A stretch of DNA of 64,000 nt from an uncultured Candidatus Saccharibacteria bacterium (GTDB lineage Bacteria > Patescibacteriota > Minisyncoccia > 2-02-FULL-40-12 > GWA2-44-9). The position numbers and the translations under genes are program-made. The DNA is taken from NCBI GenBank assembly GCA_964356795.1, contig CAYHIK010000002.1:26600-90599 (forward strand), written 5' to 3'. This document shows, piece by piece, positions 57,475 to 64,000 of this stretch (positions within the stretch are counted from its first letter, which is position 1; each line of letters begins with the position of its first letter). Below the pieces are notes generated by a model. The model was given only the letters and a program-made list of their open reading frames with translations. It was not told where the DNA came from and ran no database searches.

Positions 57475-58524
57475 CTATTGCGTCTGCCGCAACGGACGGG
57501 TCGGCACTCGGGCCGGCTCGTCATCGGGAAATGCCAACGACAACGAAAGCGGCTGTTCGGGGTCGGCCGCCGTGGATAGCAAGTGCTGCTTCTCGCCCTC
57601 CGGGAGGAGGAGAGAATCAGCACGCTTCTCCCAGGCTTCCAACTTCGCCAGCGCCTCGTCTTCGAACATGCCGTTCTCAAGGTCGAGCTGTGAAGTGAAC
57701 TCGTCGCTGATGCGGAGGAAATCTTCGACCTCCCCCATCTTCTCGCTGAAGTCCTGCTTGATGTACTCCGCGGCCTGCTCCTTGAGCTCCCAGGCGTCGC
57801 CGCCCTTGCCGATGATGGCGCGGGAGTTCTTGAGCACGACCTCGGTCGTCTTGGCGGCCTTGAACTGGACTTCCAGCTCTTGGACCTCGTCGACCGTGTC
57901 GTCGATGACGACGGAGGCAACGTCCCGCATCTTACTGAGCGTGCGGTAGAGGATCTCCAACTTGGCGAGCATATGCTCGTAGCTTATGGTGCTCTTCCCA
58001 CGCCGCCCGGCCATGCGACCGAGCTTCGCGAGCGCGAGCTTGTCGTTCTGCTTGCGCGCCTGCGCCGCCAACTTCATCGCCCGGTCGAACTCGACCTTCT
58101 TGGTGTGAATCAACTCGGTCAGATATGAGATCTGACCCTTGAGCTTTCCCAGCTGAGCATCGACGCTCTCCAACTCCTTTCGTTTCTCCGAGATGAAGTT
58201 CTTGAGGATGCCGATGGGGTCGATGGTAATCAACATGCCGGTGAAGGAACGCATGCCTGCCTTGAACCAAGCGGACATGATGAACCTGAACCGCTTGTTG
58301 GCGATGACCGACCAGAATGCGTACAGGCCGACAGCCAGCACACTACAGCCGATGGCCGCACCCAGAGCCGAGAACAGCCCCGAGAGCAGCGTCAATAGGA
58401 ATGGCAGAGCCGCATAGGCCCCGACCGCACCCAAAACGGTGGCGATTGAGAGGAAGACCATGCCGGTCGTCCCCTCGGTTCGCTCCCAGAAGGATTTTGC
58501 CTTAACGACGTCGATCTCGTTCAC
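57475..58524 (-). CDS. Membrane protein with 2-3 N-terminal TM helices and a ~250-aa cytoplasmic coiled-coil domain; high GC
   Basis: GTG start at 58524 with strong RBS AAAGGAG (5-nt spacing), 28 nt after the stop of the upstream gene. The longer ORF-table start at 58596 overlaps that gene. Confidence 0.7.
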   Translation of the reverse strand: MNEIDVVKAKSFWERTEGTTGMVFLSIATVLGAVGAYAALPFLLTLLSGLFSALGAAIGCSVLAVGLYAFWSVIANKRFRFIMSAWFKAGMRSFTGMLITIDPIGILKNFISEKRKELESVDAQLGKLKGQISYLTELIHTKKVEFDRAMKLAAQARKQNDKLALAKLGRMAGRRGKSTISYEHMLAKLEILYRTLSKMRDVASVVIDDTVDEVQELEVQFKAAKTTEVVLKNSRAIIGKGGDAWELKEQAAEYIKQDFSEKMGEVEDFLRISDEFTSQLDLENGMFEDEALAKLEAWEKRADSLLLPEGEKQHLLSTAADPEQPLSLSLAFPDDEPARVPTRPLRQTQ

Positions 58525-58552
58525 AGATTCTCCTTTCGATTCGGTGGGGGCA

Positions 58553-59242
58553 TCAGCCCTTGAGGTAGGTCTTAACCTTCTCGAGCTCCGCGGCAAGCTG
58601 CCCGCTCAGCGCCTGATGGGCGCCAGCGAACTTCTCGCGCTTCGCAGTGTACCTGGCCTTGTTCGATGCCAGCTCGGAGCGCATTGCTTCGCAGCTCTTC
58701 TGCAATTCAGCGATCTGCGCTTCGACGGCAGCCAAGTTCGCCTCTGCACCGCCAATCCTCTTCTTCTCTTCGGCGGCCACCTCGTCGCTGAACTGAGTGG
58801 CATATGCCTCGAGAATCTTGATACGATCTTGGACAGCGGCGACCACGGCGCTCTTATTCAGATCGCCATGCGCACGAGACGCCGACTTGAGCGCCGCATT
58901 GTAGAGACGCGCTTCGTCGGGGATGTCTTCCTTGAGGGCGTCCAGCTGCCCCATGAACTCAACGTAGCCAGGCAGAGTGGATTTCTCCACAAGACCATTG
59001 AGGATACGGACGTATTCCTCGTCGACGGCTCCAGTCGTAGGCGCGTAGCGCTTGACCGGTGCCTTCGCCGAAGACGCCTCGCTTGGGTTGCCCCGTGAAT
59101 CGTCAGCAGTCGCCTCACCCTCAACGGGCGGGGCTTCTGGTTTGTCGAGCTCCACAAAGGCGCCCAAAAGGCTTCTAAGTACCGTCATTTCGACCTCCCT
59201 GATAGGTTTTTGATTCTGACGTAGACTGTCAAAGAACCCCAC
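58553..59242 (-). CDS. 229-aa cytoplasmic coiled-coil protein (PspA/IM30-like?); high GC
   Basis: RBS GGGAGGT 4 nt upstream of ATG 59242; heptad-rich helical sequence; no TM. Confidence 0.7.
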   Translation of the reverse strand: MGFFDSLRQNQKPIREVEMTVLRSLLGAFVELDKPEAPPVEGEATADDSRGNPSEASSAKAPVKRYAPTTGAVDEEYVRILNGLVEKSTLPGYVEFMGQLDALKEDIPDEARLYNAALKSASRAHGDLNKSAVVAAVQDRIKILEAYATQFSDEVAAEEKKRIGGAEANLAAVEAQIAELQKSCEAMRSELASNKARYTAKREKFAGAHQALSGQLAAELEKVKTYLKG

Positions 59243-59335
59243 TTTCAGCCCTATCTATACTACATATTGAGTTAAGAGTCAAGGCACTCTGGGACATAGT
59301 TGGGAACGTGTCAAATTCCCCCTCCACGCCAAAAG

Positions 59336-60430
59336 CTAGGCGCTTTCGCGCTCTTGGAATCCAAACGAGTAGATTGCTGATGTTACGAGTAGAATGCTCC
59401 AGACGGTCATCCCAAAAAGATCACCCCAGATAGAGGCAAAGCTCGCGTCTTTTGTCATAACCTCGCGAAGTGCGTCTCCAAAAAATGAGAGCGGTAAGAG
59501 CTTTGCAATTGATTGAATCCAGTCTGGCATTCCGGTGATGGGGAAAAACGTACCACCGAGAAACAACATCGGGAATACGATAAGATTTGCCATGGCGGGC
59601 ACTGACTCAACGGTAGATGCGATACCAGAAATGGTAAAGCCTAGCCCAAGGAACATGAGCGCGCCCAGGAGCACGCTAAGCAACACGAGCCAGTACGAAC
59701 CAACCACATGCGCATCGAGCATCAGTATGCCCACAATAATAAAGATAACCGTCTGCACAACCGACATGACCAAGCGCACAATCGCATTTGCAGTTACGAA
59801 TTCAACGGGACGCATCGGCGTTGCCGCGAGTCGCTTGAGCACGCCCTTCTCTTTATATTGCACAAATAAGAACGCGACCGAGAACACGGACATCTGCATG
59901 ACTGCCATCGAAATGAGCCCCGGAAGAAGATAGTCGATATACGACACATCGCGCGCATCAATCGCTTCTTTCTTGATTGAGAAGAATGGTTGAACACGAG
60001 CCATCGCAAGACTCGTCTTATCGAGATACTGATTTAATATTGAGAGTAGCGCCTGTGATTGTGCGGGCTGTGATTCATTCACATACACCGTAAGCACCTG
60101 CGGGCGCTGAGCGGCGGAATCAATGAAATCACTCGGCACCACAAGCACGAGAACGCGATCACCCTCTTCCAACGCACCTCGCTCATCGGAAAGACTCCCC
60201 TCATGAATATCAAGCACCGTTATATTCTTCAGTGATGCAATAAACTGTTGGGTTTGCGGTTGTGGCGAGGAAGCTACAAGCCCTACGCTGTACGTCTGTG
60301 GCTTATCAAATCCGATAAGACCAAAGATAACCATAATCACCAGCGGCATAAACAAACTGAAGAAGAGCGCCTGCTTACTACGCACAAAGATGCGAGCCGA
60401 TGATTTGAGAAGTGCTAAAAAGCTTTTCAT
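59336..60430 (-). CDS. ABC-2 type transporter permease
   Basis: 6 TM, ABC-2 membrane-domain layout; downstream of its ATPase. Confidence 0.8.
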   Translation of the reverse strand: MKSFLALLKSSARIFVRSKQALFFSLFMPLVIMVIFGLIGFDKPQTYSVGLVASSPQPQTQQFIASLKNITVLDIHEGSLSDERGALEEGDRVLVLVVPSDFIDSAAQRPQVLTVYVNESQPAQSQALLSILNQYLDKTSLAMARVQPFFSIKKEAIDARDVSYIDYLLPGLISMAVMQMSVFSVAFLFVQYKEKGVLKRLAATPMRPVEFVTANAIVRLVMSVVQTVIFIIVGILMLDAHVVGSYWLVLLSVLLGALMFLGLGFTISGIASTVESVPAMANLIVFPMLFLGGTFFPITGMPDWIQSIAKLLPLSFFGDALREVMTKDASFASIWGDLFGMTVWSILLVTSAIYSFGFQERESA

Positions 60431-60440
60431 AGCGTATACA

Positions 60441-61526
60441 TTAGTCTCGAAGCTGACGCCCAGTTAAGCGAAGGAATACATCTTCAAGTGTTGAGCGCTT
60501 CAGCATTAAACCATCGATGGGAAAGCCCTCTGAGCGACTCATAGCGAATAATGCATCAAGTGTATGGCGCGGATCCGCAGTTGCGACCACATGCGACCCC
60601 GCATCGAAGCGAGTAGATTCAACGCCAGCAAGAGATGCGAGTTGCTCCGCTGGGATTTCCGCATTACTAGTGAACTCAATATGGGCGGAACCACCGTGAT
60701 TCTCCAGGAGCGCTGACGTTGTATCGAGTGCCACGATGTGCGCGTGGTCCATCACCGCGATACGATCGCAAAGATATTCGGCTTCGTCCATGTAGTGCGT
60801 CGTAAGCACCACCGTGGTGCCTCGTGCATTAATGTGTCGAACAAGGTCCCATAGATTTCGACGGGCTTGTGGATCGAGCCCCGTTGTGGGCTCATCGAGG
60901 AATAGCACCACCGGGTCATTCACAAGTCCAACTGCTATGGAGAATCGCTGTTTTTGTCCTCCTGATAGTTCTTTGATTTGCTGATGCGCCTTCTCCGTAA
61001 GCTGAACCTCATTGAGGAGTTCCATTGCATCTACCGTTCTTCCATAGAGCGCACCAAACATTTCGAGTGTTTCCAGAAGCGTCAATCCATCAAAAAATGT
61101 CGAAGCCTGAGGTTGAACTCCGATAATATGCTTCACCGCCTGTGTATCGGTTTGCACGTTGAGTCCATTGATGCTTATTTCGCCCGACGTAGGACGGCGA
61201 AGCCCCTCAATCATCTCAAGCGTAGTCGTCTTTCCGGCGCCGTTGGGTCCAAGAATTCCAAACACCTCACCACGACGCACCGTGAATGAAATGCCATCCA
61301 CCGCGGTAAAGTCGCCATATCGCTTCGTAAGATTGGTAACCGAAATAACATCGGACTGCGCCTCTTTTTCTGGACTTACATTAGCATCGCTTCGATGAAG
61401 CGCAGCCGCAACATGTTCCGTCGTCCACCCAGATGCGCTGAGTGCATCTGCGACTTGCGTGAGCGACATGCCCGCGGCTTGTGCGGACGAGAGAAATACA
61501 GAGAGTTGATCTGACAGGGTTTGCAT
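60441..61526 (-). CDS. ABC transporter ATP-binding protein (ABC-2/DrrA-like) with ~50-aa N-terminal extension
   Basis: GPNGAGKTTT, LSGGQKQR, LFLDEPTTGLD; TATAAT box 8 nt upstream of ATG. Confidence 0.85.
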   Translation of the reverse strand: MQTLSDQLSVFLSSAQAAGMSLTQVADALSASGWTTEHVAAALHRSDANVSPEKEAQSDVISVTNLTKRYGDFTAVDGISFTVRRGEVFGILGPNGAGKTTTLEMIEGLRRPTSGEISINGLNVQTDTQAVKHIIGVQPQASTFFDGLTLLETLEMFGALYGRTVDAMELLNEVQLTEKAHQQIKELSGGQKQRFSIAVGLVNDPVVLFLDEPTTGLDPQARRNLWDLVRHINARGTTVVLTTHYMDEAEYLCDRIAVMDHAHIVALDTTSALLENHGGSAHIEFTSNAEIPAEQLASLAGVESTRFDAGSHVVATADPRHTLDALFAMSRSEGFPIDGLMLKRSTLEDVFLRLTGRQLRD

Positions 61527-61540
61527 AGCGATATATTATA

Positions 61541-61572
61541 ATACAATACTTGCTTTTATGCAAGTATTGTAT
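61541..61572. promoter_or_regulatory. Perfect 13-bp inverted repeat with 6-bp spacer (ATACAATACTTGC-TTTTAT-GCAAGTATTGTAT) in the promoter region of the ABC-2 operon; candidate operator (also a hairpin 3' of the 106-aa gene)
   Basis: Exact palindrome between ATG 61526 and stop 61593; TTGTAT/ATACAA half-sites recur at 15438-15463. Confidence 0.5.
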
Positions 61573-61592
61573 GCGCGTACCCATCGAGGATC

Positions 61593-61913
61593 CTAGCGGC
61601 CCCTCGCAGATGGGCAGGGCGCGAATTCACAACGCGGTCCCACGCGACCGACATAAGAGCCATCAGGGCACATCTTGGCGTCTGCGGTGCACGCAACGCC
61701 GTCGACTGGAGGGTACGGCGCGTCCGTATCCTGCGCTCTCCAAATCCAAAAAATATATATAACGCTTACTCCGCACAGAATCAAAATGATTGTCCGCCAC
61801 CTCTTGAAGAGCGCTGGTGCATACGAGCCAATAAGAATGCCGATACCAATAAGCCCAATCTTCAATATCGCCAACTGCCACCAGAGAAATGTAACAGGTT
61901 CGAGTATATTCAT
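61593..61913 (-). CDS. 106-aa membrane protein with Cys-rich C-terminal tail
   Basis: Two TM helices; C-terminal C...C...C..C. Confidence 0.45.
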   Translation of the reverse strand: MNILEPVTFLWWQLAILKIGLIGIGILIGSYAPALFKRWRTIILILCGVSVIYIFWIWRAQDTDAPYPPVDGVACTADAKMCPDGSYVGRVGPRCEFAPCPSARGR

Positions 61914-61949
61914 AAAAGAAGGAGTAAGTTTATACGCTGGCGTAATGTG

Positions 61950-63989
61950 TTATTCAGTACGCTCTGCCGCTGGAGTATCGGCATGCACCGCAGATTCAAC
62001 ATTTAATTGAGGCCCACCGACGACCGAACCCTCGCGCGTCACGAAGACCGTACGAGGCTTGGCGCCATCCCCCGGCCCAATGACGCCCTTTGATTCTAGG
62101 ATATCGAGCATGCGAGCTGCACGCGCGTACCCAAGCCCCATACGACGCTGAAGCAGGGACGCCGAGGCCTTCTGAAGTTCAATGACGAGATTCTTTGCCT
62201 CTTCATAGCGCTCATCATCAACATCATCATCTCCGCCGCCATTCAACCCCATACCCATGCCAGGAGCACCCGCGGGCTTATCAAACGACTCTGCGAGTTG
62301 ATCTGTTTCCGATTCAAGACCAACCTCTTCCGCCTGAGTCTTGATAAACTTCACGACTTCTTCGATTTCATGCGTTGCAACAAACGGCCCCTGCAGACGT
62401 CGTGGCTGTGCGGTGTCGGAGCCTACAAACAACATATCTCCATTTCCAAGCAAGGTCTCGGCTCCGTTGGTGTCGAGAATAATACGCGAGTTCAGCTGGT
62501 TCGCCACGCGAAGCGCGACGCGGGCGTTAACATTTGCCTTGATAAGACCCGTGAGCACGGAAACCTCGGGGCGTTGCGTAGCAAGAATCAAGTGGATACC
62601 AACAGCGCGGGCCATCTGCGCCAACCGCACAATGGCAGGCTCCACTTCTTTGCCGAACGTCTTCATCAAGTCCGCCATTTCGTCAATAACCACAACGATG
62701 TACGGCATAATGGGGTGGTCCTTCTTGGTTGCCCATTCATTGAATGACACAACATCGCGAACCTTCGCCTCTGAAAGTCGTGCGTAGCGTTGGTCCATCT
62801 CCATCACCAACTGCTTCAGTACGGGCGGAACTTTCTTATTTTCAGTAATCACCGGCTTCAACAGGTGTGGAATACCATCGTAGAGCGGGAGCTCAACACG
62901 CTTCGGGTCTACCATGATGAATCGCAGCAACTCTGGTCCGTACTTGTAGAGCATCGAGAGGATGATGTCGTGAATGGTGACTGATTTACCAGAACCAGTC
63001 TGACCTGCGATAAGGATGTGCGGCATCTTATCGAGCCCCGAAAATACTGCCTCGCCAGATACGTCGCGCCCCAGCGCGAGTGGCAACATAAACTTGCTCT
63101 TGCGATACTCCTCACTCTCAAGCATCGAGCGCATACCCACCAATGAAACTTTCTTATTTGGAACCTCGATACCGACAAGCGACTTTCCAGGAATAGGAGC
63201 TTCGATACGAATAGGGTGTGCTGCAAGCGCAAGCGACAAATCGCTTGCAAGCGTTGTGATGCGAGAAAGCTTCACGCCGATCGCGGGACGCATCGTGTAC
63301 TGGGTAACGGTTGGACCAACCGACACCTCGCCCATCTCAACTTCAATTCCAAAGTTCGCAAGCGTGCGCTTGATAATTCCTGCGGAGGCATTGATGTCGC
63401 CACTGGATGCGTGATCTTGGTCTGCGGATAAAAATTCCGTGGGAGGAAGCCGCCAGTTCGCGGACTTCATCGCTCGAATCACGAACTCGCTCTGCTTCAC
63501 TTCTTCTTTTGGCTTCGACGGAGCGAGAGCCGCAACCGCCTTTTCTTCGATGGGTTTGCCACCAGACTTCACCACGAGCTTCTCAATGTCGCGCTCCTTC
63601 ATCACCTCTTCGTGCGCTTTATCATCCTCCTCGCTCGAGCGCATGAAGAGCTGATAGATAGGCACATCGAGCGCCAAGAGAACAGAGACAACCACAAACG
63701 CGCCTAAAATAACCATCGTCGCCCAAAAGCCAACGAAGCTGAGAAGTGGCCACCCAAGGGCAACACCAAGATAGCCGCCTTGAATGATTCTGCCTGCTGG
63801 ATCAGTCTCGCCAACACTATAGAATACTCCCAACACAGAAAGTACGAATAAGAGCGTGCCGAGTATTGCGGAAAGCGCCACCTTCCGATGAATCGACTTA
63901 ATAAATGCCACGCCGAGCATGGCAAACGCAACGGGTATGATAAAGAATCCCCAGCCAAACAAACTCCGCGCTGTCATATCGAAGTACAC
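61950..63989 (-). CDS. ftsK: DNA translocase FtsK (N-terminal TM domain, linker, RecA-like motor, gamma/KOPS-binding winged helix)
   Basis: Walker A GQTGSGKS, gamma domain LLQRRMGLGYARAARMLDILESKGVIG; start GTG 63989 or ATG 63977; no in-frame stop before the window edge, so the 5' end may lie outside. Confidence 0.9.
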   Translation of the reverse strand: MYFDMTARSLFGWGFFIIPVAFAMLGVAFIKSIHRKVALSAILGTLLFVLSVLGVFYSVGETDPAGRIIQGGYLGVALGWPLLSFVGFWATMVILGAFVVVSVLLALDVPIYQLFMRSSEEDDKAHEEVMKERDIEKLVVKSGGKPIEEKAVAALAPSKPKEEVKQSEFVIRAMKSANWRLPPTEFLSADQDHASSGDINASAGIIKRTLANFGIEVEMGEVSVGPTVTQYTMRPAIGVKLSRITTLASDLSLALAAHPIRIEAPIPGKSLVGIEVPNKKVSLVGMRSMLESEEYRKSKFMLPLALGRDVSGEAVFSGLDKMPHILIAGQTGSGKSVTIHDIILSMLYKYGPELLRFIMVDPKRVELPLYDGIPHLLKPVITENKKVPPVLKQLVMEMDQRYARLSEAKVRDVVSFNEWATKKDHPIMPYIVVVIDEMADLMKTFGKEVEPAIVRLAQMARAVGIHLILATQRPEVSVLTGLIKANVNARVALRVANQLNSRIILDTNGAETLLGNGDMLFVGSDTAQPRRLQGPFVATHEIEEVVKFIKTQAEEVGLESETDQLAESFDKPAGAPGMGMGLNGGGDDDVDDERYEEAKNLVIELQKASASLLQRRMGLGYARAARMLDILESKGVIGPGDGAKPRTVFVTREGSVVGGPQLNVESAVHADTPAAERTE

Positions 63990-64000
63990 CCCTGCAGTAC

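Noticed and set aside
57201-57920. 239-aa minus-strand ORF (Arg/Ser/Pro-rich)
   Set aside because: It lies out of frame across the junction of the 604-aa and 373-aa genes and through the intervening terminator; a GC-composition artefact.

Overview
This 64-kb window reads as a chromosomal segment from a moderately GC-rich (about 52-55%) bacterium with a Gram-negative-type envelope, since it encodes a beta-barrel OMP ending in an aromatic residue. The housekeeping genes are compact and mostly on the minus strand: murJ, tdk, dnaG-rpoD with overlapping stop and start, a COG0523 GTPase, a DEAD-box helicase, murD, lemA-htpX, pyrG, groES-groEL behind a CIRCE-like operator, a short uvrC, secG, an OppA-like SBP, RNase J, trpS, a phosphohexomutase, ychF, rpsF-ssb-rpsR, recA, two ABC transporters and ftsK. 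There are three tRNAs (Asn-GTT, Ser-GGA, Leu-CAG) and no rRNA, CRISPR array, transposase or integrase that I could recognise. Nearly every transcription unit ends in a clear rho-independent hairpin, and many genes carry a TATAAT-like box only 6-10 nt upstream of the start codon, suggesting frequent leaderless mRNAs.

Five things stand out:
1. An ~85-nt element occurs twice, immediately 3' of rnj and of recA, in the same orientation relative to each gene; the two copies differ only by compensatory changes in an internal hairpin, and each has its own self-complementary flanks, pointing to a structured-RNA family.
2. A 3.7-kb high-GC (about 62-65%) three-gene island (55.5-59.2 kb) encodes a coiled-coil protein, a membrane protein with a long coiled-coil domain, and a membrane-anchored SBP-like domain fused to an OmpA-C peptidoglycan-binding domain, with terminators on each side.
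3. A low-GC (about 43%) 2.3-kb islet lies next to tRNA-Asn, bounded by 27-bp perfect direct repeats, with a duplicated 19-nt tRNA 3' segment and a 36-bp perfect palindrome nearby; it carries a 666-aa membrane protein with cohesin/Ig-like domains.
4. A single high-GC truD gene sits alone with its own canonical promoter and terminator.
5. htpX is interrupted by an in-frame TAG.

Other notable items are a 996-aa surface protein with about six 220-bp tandem repeats encoding Ca-binding-type motifs plus an HExxH domain, and a run of small Cys-rich ORFs at 10.9-13.3 kb. Any homology stated here beyond unmistakable motifs is recognition by eye and needs a database search.
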